Source: an uncultured Mycoplasmatota bacterium (GTDB lineage: Bacteria; Bacillota_I; Bacilli_A; RF39; UBA660). From it: a stretch of 64,000 nucleotides of DNA. Each line of letters begins with the position of its first letter. The stretch's first letter is position 1. The DNA lies in assembly GCA_900546055.1 (NCBI GenBank), contig URBG01000002.1, positions 14,347 through 78,346 of the forward strand, given 5' to 3'. The notes under the pieces are model-generated. The model worked only from the letters and a program-made list of their open reading frames with translations. It was not told the DNA's origin and ran no database searches. Position numbers and translations under genes: made by a program. Below are positions 29,107 to 38,011 of the stretch, in pieces.

Positions 29107-29177
29107 ATAATCACCTATACTAGTATATGTAGAAACAAAGAAAAAACAATGTTTTATTTAACATTGTTTGAATACAA

Positions 29178-30035
29178 TTAATACGGCTTTTGACCTAAAC
29201 GTTTAGATCCATGATCAGCAATACCAATGATCTTACTTTCAGTAACTTCGGCTTCATCTGTATGAATCTGTTTTACAACGGCATTAAAGCTAATTCCATT
29301 TCCATTTTGAAAAGAAAATACCTCATCAACATTTCGACCAAAAACGGCCTCACCAAATGGCGTTTCTCTCGTTAAAAAGGTTGAACCATCAAGACTTTTA
29401 TAAATACCAGGTAATAATCCATAAACCATAATAAAGTTTCTTTCAGGTTTATCATCAAGTGATGAAGAAAATTCTGTACCATATCCTACTGTTTCATCAG
29501 GAATTGGCTCTTTAGACACGACCGGATCTTCAAAAATTCTCTCAAGTTGATCTTTTCTTTCTCTTTCAAAATCTGATAAATCGCCATCATTTACTTCAAT
29601 TTGTTTCAATCTATCAATTTCCGCCTCCAAAGCTTTTAATTGAGAAGAAAATAATATAACTCTACCATCACATAAATGTCCAGGAAGTAAATCACCATTC
29701 CCTGAACTAATTTTAACATCGGTTTCAGCGTCAAAACAGAATTCTGAAACTGATAACAAAGTACTATCATATACATCTCTAACAGCACTAACAATTTCCC
29801 CCTGAGCTTTTGGACACTGAATTAATCCATATTCTTCCATCGTTTCAACATCGATAACTCCACTGGTAATTTCATTAGTACGTTTAGAGATTTTTACTAT
29901 CATTTTAAAATGACTTTCTAAAACCTCAAATGGTTTCATATAATAATAACACTTATCATTTTCTTTAAATCCATACGCCATCATTACATCACGATTAGGC
30001 GTCTTATTAGCAAAGATTTCTTTTATATCCAACAT
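29178..30035 (-). CDS. Hypothetical protein with coiled coil and possible GreA/Rnk-like C-terminal domain
   Basis: 285 aa. Central heptad-like segment LKALEAEIDRLKQIE. The C-terminal TRETPFGEAVFGRNVDEVFSF loosely resembles the GreA C-terminal SPxGxALxGxxxGD pattern. Weak call. Confidence 0.3.
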   Translation of the reverse strand: MLDIKEIFANKTPNRDVMMAYGFKENDKCYYYMKPFEVLESHFKMIVKISKRTNEITSGVIDVETMEEYGLIQCPKAQGEIVSAVRDVYDSTLLSVSEFCFDAETDVKISSGNGDLLPGHLCDGRVILFSSQLKALEAEIDRLKQIEVNDGDLSDFERERKDQLERIFEDPVVSKEPIPDETVGYGTEFSSSLDDKPERNFIMVYGLLPGIYKSLDGSTFLTRETPFGEAVFGRNVDEVFSFQNGNGISFNAVVKQIHTDEAEVTESKIIGIADHGSKRLGQKPY

Positions 30036-30110
30036 AAACTTCCCCTCCTAAATAATGAAAGTTATACTACCATAAAAACATAATCATGTCAAATAAAAAG
30101 AAATATATAA

Positions 30111-30335
30111 TTACATATATTTCTGCATTTGTTTCATCATTTGATTTACTTGTTTTTGGCTAGGTGTCCTACCCATTCCAGACATCATCGCCTTAATCAT
30201 TTGCTCATTAATAGGAGGATTTTCCTTCAATTGTTTTTTTGTAAAATGTTTGGCTACTAAAAAACCAATAATTAATCCAACAATTAAACCTCCAACCATT
30301 TGTAATAAATCTATTAAAAATGCTCCCCAATCCAT
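30111..30335 (-). CDS. yneF: UPF0154 membrane protein YneF
   Basis: 74 aa with an N-terminal TM helix, then KKQLKENPPINEQMIKAMMSGMGRTPSQKQVNQMM, which is diagnostic of YneF. Adjacent to tkt as in Bacillus. Confidence 0.8.
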   Translation of the reverse strand: MDWGAFLIDLLQMVGGLIVGLIIGFLVAKHFTKKQLKENPPINEQMIKAMMSGMGRTPSQKQVNQMMKQMQKYM

Positions 30336-30392
30336 GGTATCATTCCTTTCTATTAGGTATTGTACTAAAAATACCAGACTTTTTCAAGAAAA

Positions 30393-32333
30393 TTATAATA
30401 ATTCCTTAATTCTAGCCTCAATTTTTTCCTTACTAAAATTCATTTCATTCAAAACATCCTCTGGATTACCGCTCTTGCCAAACTTATCTACAGTGATTAA
30501 ATATTTATCATTAGTAACAAATCTGCGAAGCCCCATCGAGCTAGCTGCTTCGACAAAAAATGTTTTAACCCCTACTGGAAGTACTGAATATTGATACTTC
30601 TTTGGCATTTTTAAAAATAGTTCCATTGATGGCATACTAACAACTCTAATATCATAATCGTTAGCTAAATCTTCTGCAATTTCAATACACGTATTAACCT
30701 CAGTTCCTGTAGCAATAAAAATCGCATCAACTTCCTTTTTAGCCTCTCTTACCACATAAGCCCCATGAACAACCTTTTTAAAGTCTGATTTCTTCAAAAC
30801 CTTAGTTTTTTGTCTTGATAAAACTAAAGCACAAGGCTGCTGCAAAGTTAAAATCGCATTCCATGCTCCTAAAACCTCTTTAAAGTCAGCCGGACGATAA
30901 ACTGTAAAATTAGGAATTGCTCTAAGCATTGATAACTGTTCCACTGGCTCGTGTGTCGGTCCATCAGCACCAACATTTATTGAATCATGCGTAAATATAT
31001 AAGTTACTGGCAATCTCATCATCGCACTCATTCTAATTGCTGGTTTTAAATAATCTGAAAAAGATAAAAACGTCGAACCAAATGGCAAATATCCCGATAA
31101 AGCTATTCCATTCAAAATAGCTCCCATTGCATGTTCACGAACCCCAAACCAAATGTTAGTTCCATCATAATTTTTAGCCGAAAAGTCTGCCCCTTCGGTA
31201 ATATAAGTTCTTGTTGGCCCTGCCAAATCCGCACTACCACCAAAAAGCAAATCAGTTTGGCTAGCCAAATAATTAAGAATCTTGCCATTGCTTTCACGAG
31301 TTGCTTCTGTTCCATCATTAATAAAAGGGCATTCACTTGTCTTAATTTCTACAACGTTATTATAAAACTTTAATAATTCACTTTCATCATTATTAAATTT
31401 ATGTTTAATATAACAGTTATATTCTTCCTGCCACTTAAGATATTTATCAGAAGAACGCTTCATCACACTTTCCCTAAATACATTTAATGCTTCTTCTGAT
31501 ACGTAGAAATCCTCATTTGGCATTCCTAAATTTTCTTTTAATTGTTTAATATCCTCATCTGATAATGGTTTACCATGAACCTCACTTGTCCCTGCAAGAA
31601 TAGAATCTTCACCCAAAACTGTTTTTATTTCAATAAATGATGGTAATCCACTTTTCTTTGCTCTTGCAATCGCTTTATCAATATCGCTAGTTCGATTACC
31701 ATCCTTAACTAAGGTTGTATAAAAGCCCATCGCATCAAAACGTTCACGAACATCCTCTGTAAAAGCCATATCAACATTACCATCTAGTGACATTGAATTA
31801 GAATCATATAAAATAATTAAATTATCTAATTTCAAAGTCCCAGCTAAAGAACAAGCTTCATAACTAACACCCTCCATTAAATCCCCATCACCACATAAAA
31901 CATAAACATAATAATCGATTAATGTTGTATCCTTGAACTTTTCCTGTAATTTCTTTTCACCAATAGCCATGCCCACAGCTGATGCTATTCCCTGTCCTAA
32001 AGGGCCAGTAGTAACATCAACGCCTGGAGTCTTACGATATTCAGGGTGCCCAGGTGTAACTGAACCAATTTGTCTAAATTGTTTTAAATCCTTTAATGTA
32101 ATAAAACCCGTCATATATAAGCACGCATATAATAAAGCTGATCCATGTCCTGCAGACAAAACAAAACGGTCACGATTTATCCAAGAAGGTTCTTTTGGAT
32201 TAACATGCATGTGATTAGCATACAAAGTATACATAATCGGTGCTGCCGAAAGAACAATTCCAGGATGACCACTGCCCGCTTTATTAATCATATCAATTCC
32301 TAGTGTTTTTAAGTTTGCTATAACCTTATTCAT
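30393..32333 (-). CDS. tkt: Transketolase
   Basis: 646 aa with GSGHPG, the GDGDLMEG ThDP motif and typical domain order. Confidence 0.95.
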   Translation of the reverse strand: MNKVIANLKTLGIDMINKAGSGHPGIVLSAAPIMYTLYANHMHVNPKEPSWINRDRFVLSAGHGSALLYACLYMTGFITLKDLKQFRQIGSVTPGHPEYRKTPGVDVTTGPLGQGIASAVGMAIGEKKLQEKFKDTTLIDYYVYVLCGDGDLMEGVSYEACSLAGTLKLDNLIILYDSNSMSLDGNVDMAFTEDVRERFDAMGFYTTLVKDGNRTSDIDKAIARAKKSGLPSFIEIKTVLGEDSILAGTSEVHGKPLSDEDIKQLKENLGMPNEDFYVSEEALNVFRESVMKRSSDKYLKWQEEYNCYIKHKFNNDESELLKFYNNVVEIKTSECPFINDGTEATRESNGKILNYLASQTDLLFGGSADLAGPTRTYITEGADFSAKNYDGTNIWFGVREHAMGAILNGIALSGYLPFGSTFLSFSDYLKPAIRMSAMMRLPVTYIFTHDSINVGADGPTHEPVEQLSMLRAIPNFTVYRPADFKEVLGAWNAILTLQQPCALVLSRQKTKVLKKSDFKKVVHGAYVVREAKKEVDAIFIATGTEVNTCIEIAEDLANDYDIRVVSMPSMELFLKMPKKYQYSVLPVGVKTFFVEAASSMGLRRFVTNDKYLITVDKFGKSGNPEDVLNEMNFSKEKIEARIKELL

Positions 32334-32393
32334 AAATATCCCTCTTATTCTAATATCATTATAGCAAATTATCCCATATTTGAAAATAATAAA

Positions 32394-32531
32394 TTATGCA
32401 TTTACTGAAATCGGATGTTCAGTAGTTCTTGTATTATCTTCTAAACTACTATTATCGAGGCCGCCTATATAAGCCACCCCCAAAACCATTAGGATTAAAG
32501 CAATAGTTGCTTTACTTTTTAACATATCCAT
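32394..32531 (-). CDS. 45-aa membrane peptide divergent from lexA; candidate SOS cell-division inhibitor
   Basis: MDMLKSKATIALILMVLGVAYIGGLDNSSLEDNTRTTEHPISVNA. The ATG at 32531 is preceded by AAGGAGG. Its promoter carries a LexA box (next feature). The position is equivalent to yneA (B. subtilis) and sosA (S. aureus). Confidence 0.5.
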   Translation of the reverse strand: MDMLKSKATIALILMVLGVAYIGGLDNSSLEDNTRTTEHPISVNA

Positions 32532-32556
32532 ATTATTCGCCTCCTTTTGTACTTTA

Positions 32557-32585
32557 ATCATAACACGAACATTTATTCGTGTCAA
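32557..32585 (-). promoter_or_regulatory. Promoter with embedded LexA (Cheo) box
   Basis: Minus strand reads TTGACA (32580-32585), a 17-nt spacer, then TATGAT (32557-32562). The spacer contains CGAACATTTATTCG (32566-32579), one mismatch from CGAAC-N4-GTTCG. Confidence 0.7.
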
Positions 32586-32594
32586 TACATAAAT

Positions 32595-32634
32595 CAAACA
32601 AACGTTTGACTTATTTGTAAATTTATGTTAATAT
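32595..32634 (+). promoter_or_regulatory. lexA promoter with possible degenerate LexA operator
   Basis: TTGACT (32606-32611), a 17-nt spacer, then TAATAT (32629-32634). CAAAC-AAAC-GTTTG (32595-32608) overlaps the -35 and is a symmetric two-mismatch version of the Cheo box. Confidence 0.5.
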
Positions 32635-32659
32635 ACAAATAGAGAATAAAGGAGGAATT

Positions 32660-33277
32660 ATGGAAAAATTAACTGCACGTCAAAAAGATGTATTAGACTA
32701 CGTTAAATCATATATTGTTTCACATGGTTACTGCCCATCAGTAAGGGAAATTGGTAAAGCACTAGGTATTTCATCGCCAGCTACTATCCATGCCCATCTT
32801 AAAAATCTAGAAAAGAAAGGCATCATTCGCAAACAAAATTCTAAGAACCGTGCAATTGAATTATTAGTTGAAAATGAATTCGTTCCAAAAAACGAAGAAG
32901 TAACTAAAGTGCCATTGCTAGGTAAAATTACCGCCGGATCACCAATTGAAGCTATTGAAATGCCAGATGAATATTTTAGCTTACCATCATACCTACTTCC
33001 AAAAGGAAAAGAAGTATTTACATTAAAAGTAAGTGGAACTAGTATGATAAATGCTGGAATCTTAGATGGAGACATTGTTATCGTCGAACGTAAAAACACT
33101 GCGCGTAACGGTGAAATAATTGTCGCTATGACCGATGAAAATGAAGTGACTTTAAAAACATTTTACAAAGAAAGCGATCATATTAGGTTACAACCTGAAA
33201 ATGATACAATGGACCCCATTATTCTAAATAATGTTATAATTTTAGGCAAAGCTATTGGTCTTTACCGCAAAATATAA
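32660..33277 (+). CDS. lexA: LexA repressor
   Basis: N-terminal winged HTH (SVREIGKALGISSPATIHAHL) and an S24 peptidase domain with the GTSM Ser motif and a downstream Lys. 205 aa. Confidence 0.95.
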   Translation: MEKLTARQKDVLDYVKSYIVSHGYCPSVREIGKALGISSPATIHAHLKNLEKKGIIRKQNSKNRAIELLVENEFVPKNEEVTKVPLLGKITAGSPIEAIEMPDEYFSLPSYLLPKGKEVFTLKVSGTSMINAGILDGDIVIVERKNTARNGEIIVAMTDENEVTLKTFYKESDHIRLQPENDTMDPIILNNVIILGKAIGLYRKI

Positions 33278-33283
33278 GAGGAC

Positions 33284-34138
33284 TTAAAAGTCCTCTTTTT
33301 TTGTACTAAAGCTATTAGCCATTACATAATTATTATCTTCATATACGCTTGCTATAACCACAGAATCATTAAGTTCTAAAGTTTGTTTTTTAGAAGCATT
33401 TTCCCATGTCGCGCCACCATCTAAACTATATTGATATGTATATTTCCCAGATGGATAATTTATTGTTACAAAGCCACTATCATAGCTAAACTCAATTCCA
33501 GAGCTTACCTTAATTAAGCGTTTACGAATCGTTTCATTTCCTGATGCATCAACTGCTTTATATGTAATAATATATTCACCAGCTAAAGTAGATAGCGTAT
33601 TGTCATAAGTAAGATCTACCGTTCCCGAATTATCAGTAGCAATCACGCCCTCTTTTAAATCAAAAGAGGCCGCCTCTGCACTCGTAATTTCAGTTTTTTC
33701 TGGCATCGTAATTGTTGGTGCCTTATTATCAATCACAATTACACTTCTATTTATTGATGCCGTCTTTGAAGTTTTTTCTTCCTTAACTGTATATCTAATC
33801 AAGTAAGAAGCTAATTCGTCTGTTTCTAAATCTGGAACCTGGACTCCATTTTTAAAATAAGAAGTAATCACTTCATCTGAAATGTCACTACCATCCTTAG
33901 TAGTTGCTGTAATACCTTTTAGAGCATATGGTTCGCCTAGTGGAACATATTCTAAATAGTTTCCATCATATGACATTTGAATATCCTCTTTTTCATACAC
34001 TACTTCTTGTTTATGTTTTTCTTCTTTTTCTTCCTTAACCGAAAAAATATTAAATATTAAAAACACTATTATTCCAAGTATCAACAAAAAGGCAATTATT
34101 CCAATAATTTTAGCATTAGACATTCTTGATTCCATCAA
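33284..34138 (-). CDS. Membrane-anchored protein with Ig-like (DUF5011-type) domains
   Basis: N-terminal TM helix. The segment DNKAPTITMPEKT...ATDNSGTVDLTYDNTLSTLAGEYIITYKAVDASGNE matches the DUF5011 pattern. Confidence 0.55.
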   Translation of the reverse strand: MMESRMSNAKIIGIIAFLLILGIIVFLIFNIFSVKEEKEEKHKQEVVYEKEDIQMSYDGNYLEYVPLGEPYALKGITATTKDGSDISDEVITSYFKNGVQVPDLETDELASYLIRYTVKEEKTSKTASINRSVIVIDNKAPTITMPEKTEITSAEAASFDLKEGVIATDNSGTVDLTYDNTLSTLAGEYIITYKAVDASGNETIRKRLIKVSSGIEFSYDSGFVTINYPSGKYTYQYSLDGGATWENASKKQTLELNDSVVIASVYEDNNYVMANSFSTKKEDF

Positions 34139-34160
34139 ATCACCTTTCTATTTTAAACTA

Positions 34161-34565
34161 TTATTTGATTTTACAATTAGAACTACTAGTAATACTTGTA
34201 CTAATACTTCCCTTTTTCACTTCTTTAGTTTTAACTAAACATTTCTTTAATTCCGAATTCCAAAATGCATACTCCACTTTTCCATTCTCATCAATATGAA
34301 GTGACCCACCATCGGGTAAATCACCTTTAGTTTGAATTGTTGGATTAGCCGTTCCATTTGAAAATGTAATAGTTAAATCATGTCCATTATTGTTACTAAC
34401 TTGATAAGTTCTTGCTGCCTCAGTTACTCCTGCTGCAGAATCAACAAAAGCTTGCTCCTTTGAAGATTTAATAACATTAATAATTGTTGGTGCCGTTATC
34501 GCAGTTATAATTCCCAATATCGCAATAACTGTTAAAAGCTCGATTAAAGTAAATCCCTTTTTCAT
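34161..34565 (-). CDS. Prepilin-type (type IV pilin-like) protein
   Basis: MKKGFTLIELLTVIAILGIITAI: class III signal with G/FTLIE and Glu+5. Two C-terminal Cys residues. Confidence 0.8.
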   Translation of the reverse strand: MKKGFTLIELLTVIAILGIITAITAPTIINVIKSSKEQAFVDSAAGVTEAARTYQVSNNNGHDLTITFSNGTANPTIQTKGDLPDGGSLHIDENGKVEYAFWNSELKKCLVKTKEVKKGSISTSITSSSNCKIK

Positions 34566-34573
34566 TTTCTCAC

Positions 34574-34942
34574 CTATTCCACTTTATATTTAAAATTTTC
34601 TTTATTCTTAGTTACCCTAACCAAAGTCGTATCAGGATAAAGTTCACCAGTCCTTGGATTTGTAATATTTAATGGTAAATATCCTTGTTCCTGTAATTTC
34701 TTTACAGTTATCGTTTTTGAAGCCGAAGCTCCCTCAGCTTGAGGTAATTCGCTTAAATGCTCGGCATAATAATCCTTCGCACCCTTAATTATTTGTGATT
34801 CTTGTGTATCTTCAAGATTATCTTTACTAGAATTTAATGATTTATCAATTGCTGGTACAGCAATTAACGCTAAAACTCCAAGCAAAACAATTACCCCTAA
34901 TAATTCAATTAATGTAAAACCTTTGTGTTTCATATTCTTCAC
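34574..34942 (-). CDS. Prepilin-type pilin, ComGC-like
   Basis: MKNMKHKGFTLIELLGVIVLLGVLALIAV prepilin motif. 122 aa. LQEQGYLP resembles the ComGC C-terminal region. Confidence 0.75.
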   Translation of the reverse strand: MKNMKHKGFTLIELLGVIVLLGVLALIAVPAIDKSLNSSKDNLEDTQESQIIKGAKDYYAEHLSELPQAEGASASKTITVKKLQEQGYLPLNITNPRTGELYPDTTLVRVTKNKENFKYKVE

Positions 34943-34950
34943 CTATTCTA

Positions 34951-34979
34951 ATTATAACCAAGGTCCAAATAATAGTCAA
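34951..34979 (-). promoter_or_regulatory. Consensus-like promoter of the pilin operon
   Basis: Minus strand reads TTGACT (34974-34979), a 17-nt spacer, then TATAAT (34951-34956), in the 46-nt gap after xseB. Confidence 0.7.
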
Positions 34980-34988
34980 GAAAAAACA

Positions 34989-35210
34989 CTACTCAGTAGT
35001 GTCAGGTTCAAAATCTTCTAAGCTACCATCTTCAGCTACGATTTTATTTACCTTTTCTTCAATCTGTTTTAACTCTTCATCACATTCTTTAACTAATTTC
35101 ATTGCTTCAGTATATTTATTAATAGATTCATCTAAACTAGCGTCACCATTTTCTAAAACATTGATAATTTCTTCTAATTCTTTTACTTTATCTTCAAATT
35201 TTTTAGCCAT
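34989..35210 (-). CDS. xseB: Exodeoxyribonuclease VII small subunit
   Basis: 73 aa helical acidic protein (LEEIINVLENGDASLDESI), overlapping the xseA stop. Confidence 0.9.
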   Translation of the reverse strand: MAKKFEDKVKELEEIINVLENGDASLDESINKYTEAMKLVKECDEELKQIEEKVNKIVAEDGSLEDFEPDTTE

Positions 35211-36474
35211 GATTTACCTCCTTAGTTTCTAAAACCTTAGCTTTTATTTCACCATTATATAATTTAATATTAACAGTATCTTTAACATCCTTAACATCTT
35301 TAATAACCTTATCACCACTACATGTGATACTATAGCCACGCCCTAATACCTTAAGTGGATTTAATAATTCCAATTTATCAATTAAATTATTAAGCATAAC
35401 TTTTTCATCTTTGTATAAAAGACTTGGATTACTAAAAATATAGCTCCTCTTCAAATTGTCTAATTTATCTCTTTGAATCTCAACCCTTCTTAAAATAAGA
35501 TCATTCAAACGATCACTCATTAAATCGATTTTTTGGCGACGATTATCAAACATAATCATCGGATTTTTAATTACAAAAGAGCTTTTAATTGAGTCTAGAT
35601 ATAATTTTTGATAATTAATTTTCTTATACACTGCTTCTTTTAAACGAATACTAAGTTGTTCTATGTTTCTTTTTAAATCAACCATATTAGGCACAGCCAG
35701 TTCTGCCGCCGCCGTTGGCGTTGGTGCCCTTAAATCTGAAACAAAATCACTTATTGTAAAATCAACTTCATGACCAACCGCACTGATTATTGGTATTGGT
35801 GAATTATAAATAGCTCTCGCAACAACCTCTTCATTAAAAGGCCATAAGTCTTCGATTGAGCCGCCCCCACGACCGACAATTAAAACATCTATATCATAAT
35901 CCTCAGCCCGTTTAATGTTTCGGACAATATCGTCTTTGGCATTATCGCCTTGTACAAATGTTGGAAATAAAATTGTTTCACAAATTGGAAATCTTCTTTT
36001 TATTGTCGTTACGATATCACGAACTGCTGCTCCCGTACTTGCTGTCACAATTCCCACACGACGCGGAATTTTTGGAATTTCTTTTTTATGTTCTTTATCA
36101 AATAAGCCTTCTGCTTGTAGTGTTTTTTTCAGTTTTTCAAAAGCCACATATAAATTGCCAACCCCATCTTCCATCATTTGGTCAACGTAAATTTGATAAT
36201 TGCCTGTTGCTTCATAAATACTAATACGCCCCGCAATTAAAACTTTAGTTCCATCCACCGGTTTAAAATCTAATTTAGCAGCACTGCGACTAAACATAAT
36301 TGCGTTTATTTTACTAGTCTCATCTTTTACCGAAAAATATAAATGACCCGAGGTGTGAGCCTTAAAATTAGAAATTTCACCTTTTAAAAAAACTGATTTT
36401 AAATTTTCATCTAAATCAAATTTTGCTTTCAAATAACGAGTAATCGCACTTACTGTTAAATACTTCTCATCCAT
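35203..36474 (-). CDS. xseA: Exodeoxyribonuclease VII large subunit
   Basis: OB-fold N-terminus (GEISNFKAHTSGHLYFSVKD), catalytic region (RGGGSIEDLWPFN) and a coiled C-terminus. Confidence 0.95.
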   Translation of the reverse strand: MDEKYLTVSAITRYLKAKFDLDENLKSVFLKGEISNFKAHTSGHLYFSVKDETSKINAIMFSRSAAKLDFKPVDGTKVLIAGRISIYEATGNYQIYVDQMMEDGVGNLYVAFEKLKKTLQAEGLFDKEHKKEIPKIPRRVGIVTASTGAAVRDIVTTIKRRFPICETILFPTFVQGDNAKDDIVRNIKRAEDYDIDVLIVGRGGGSIEDLWPFNEEVVARAIYNSPIPIISAVGHEVDFTISDFVSDLRAPTPTAAAELAVPNMVDLKRNIEQLSIRLKEAVYKKINYQKLYLDSIKSSFVIKNPMIMFDNRRQKIDLMSDRLNDLILRRVEIQRDKLDNLKRSYIFSNPSLLYKDEKVMLNNLIDKLELLNPLKVLGRGYSITCSGDKVIKDVKDVKDTVNIKLYNGEIKAKVLETKEVNHG

Positions 36475-36891
36475 CTACTCACCTACTTTTTCATGATATA
36501 TTTTATCGAGTACTCCATTAATCATCTTTCGAACGTTATCATCGCTATAACTTTTCGCAAGTTCAATTGCTTCATTGATTGAAACAATTTCTGGTGTTTT
36601 TGTATATAAAAGTTCAAAGATCCCAATTCTTAAAATTGCCCCATCTGTATTACCTAAACGATCGATTGCCCATCCATCTAAATACTTGTTTGCCATTTTA
36701 TCGATTTCTTCCTTATATGTAATTACTCCATAAACGATTTCTTTTACAAATTCATTATCGATTGGAGAAACTTCATTAATTACATCATCAACATTATATT
36801 CAATATTATTCTTTTGATATATTTCAATTTGATATAAGATTGTCATACACAATCTACGTAGTTCGCTTCTATTTGCCTGCATTTCTATCAC
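36475..36891 (-). CDS. nusB: Transcription antitermination factor NusB
   Basis: About 135 aa with [11 protein letters not shown] and NGVLDKI motifs. Upstream of xseA as in Bacillus. Confidence 0.9.
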   Translation of the reverse strand: MIEMQANRSELRRLCMTILYQIEIYQKNNIEYNVDDVINEVSPIDNEFVKEIVYGVITYKEEIDKMANKYLDGWAIDRLGNTDGAILRIGIFELLYTKTPEIVSINEAIELAKSYSDDNVRKMINGVLDKIYHEKVGE

Positions 36892-36928
36892 CTTTATAAA
36901 TTATAGCATAAAAAAAGAGAAATAGTAA

Positions 36929-37318
36929 CTATTTAATATACTTTTCTCCCTTACCCTGAAATAAACTAATCAAATACCATAAGTAAATATAAATTAATAA
37001 AACCATCAGCAAAGTCCAGCCAACTATTGGTATAATTGCGCAGCCAATCCAAACATATGGAAGGCCATACACCTCAGCCCCTGGCACTTTTAATTTTTTA
37101 CATACTTTTACAGTCGTTTCTATTACAAAAATGAAAAGCATTACTAATGCTGGCAACATCCCAAAGAAAAATCCTAACACCCAATAATACCATTTAGTAT
37201 ACCAAGCACCCTCATCATATACCTTTAGTAATGAACCTAAAAATAAAACGGAAATATTGCAAGTTAATAAACTCAAAACCAACCAAACAATACTATAACC
37301 TCTTTTAAGCAAACGCAT
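36929..37318 (-). CDS. Hypothetical 4-TM membrane protein
   Basis: 129 aa, Trp/Tyr-rich TM helices, no catalytic motif recognised. Confidence 0.45.
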   Translation of the reverse strand: MRLLKRGYSIVWLVLSLLTCNISVLFLGSLLKVYDEGAWYTKWYYWVLGFFFGMLPALVMLFIFVIETTVKVCKKLKVPGAEVYGLPYVWIGCAIIPIVGWTLLMVLLIYIYLWYLISLFQGKGEKYIK

Positions 37319-37360
37319 AAAAAGCCTCCTTTATATAAAAAGAAGATAACAACTTATCTT

Positions 37361-37555
37361 CTACTGACAAGAGCCTTCTCCAGGTTTAGAACCTTCGACA
37401 AACTCTTTATCGATTAATTTGCACGATGATTTTGTCATAGAATCTTGTAAATATCCACCTAAGAGTTTAACAATACTCACCACAATAACACTTATAACTG
37501 CAATAATTAGTAGATATTCAACTAATGCTTGCCCTTTATCCCCTAATCTCTTCAT
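37361..37555 (-). CDS. Flp-family (type IVb) pilin-like protein
   Basis: MKRLGDKGQALVEYLLIIAVISVIVVSIV matches the Flp G/xxxxEY prepilin motif. 64 aa. The ATG at 37555 follows AGGAGGAAACAT. The track ORF has a spurious 23-codon extension. Confidence 0.6.
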   Translation of the reverse strand: MKRLGDKGQALVEYLLIIAVISVIVVSIVKLLGGYLQDSMTKSSCKLIDKEFVEGSKPGEGSCQ

Positions 37556-37696
37556 ATGTTTCCTCCTACGCCAAACTAACGTAATCCTTATAATAAGTAT
37601 ATAGACTTTTAGGCAAAAAATCAAGCGCTATAAGTAAACTTTTACAAAAAGTAGCCAAACTCTGACAAAATATGATATATTGTTATTGGTGATATA

Positions 37697-38002
37697 ATGT
37701 TAATAGAAGGTAAAGACATTAAAATCAAAGAATATAATAATCATTTTGATAAATTTAAAGGGCTTATGTTTAAAAAAAACATTGATTATGGCTTAAAATT
37801 AAGATGTAATGGTATTCATACATTTTTTATGAAAGAAGCAATTGATGTTGTTTTAACCGATAAAGAAAATAAAGTCACTCATATATATCATAATTTAAAA
37901 CCTAACCATATTATTTTACCCAAAAAGCATGTATATTATACCTATGAATTTCCGGCCAATACTATAATCAGCTTAAAAGTTAACGAAAAAATACCTAATT
38001 AG
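37697..38002 (+). CDS. DUF192-family protein
   Basis: 101 aa. FKGLMFKK...GIHTFFMKEAIDVVLTDKENKV fits the DUF192 (COG1430) pattern. Confidence 0.55.
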   Translation: MLIEGKDIKIKEYNNHFDKFKGLMFKKNIDYGLKLRCNGIHTFFMKEAIDVVLTDKENKVTHIYHNLKPNHIILPKKHVYYTYEFPANTIISLKVNEKIPN

Positions 38003-38011
38003 GTATTTTTA

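Noticed and set aside
29107-29177. Possible preQ1 or other riboswitch upstream of the amidotransferase-tgt pair
   Set aside because: The 71-nt gap is fully explained by a terminator hairpin (AAACAATGTT-N6-AACATTGTTT-TTTT) for the upstream gene plus an RBS. There is no room or motif for a riboswitch aptamer.
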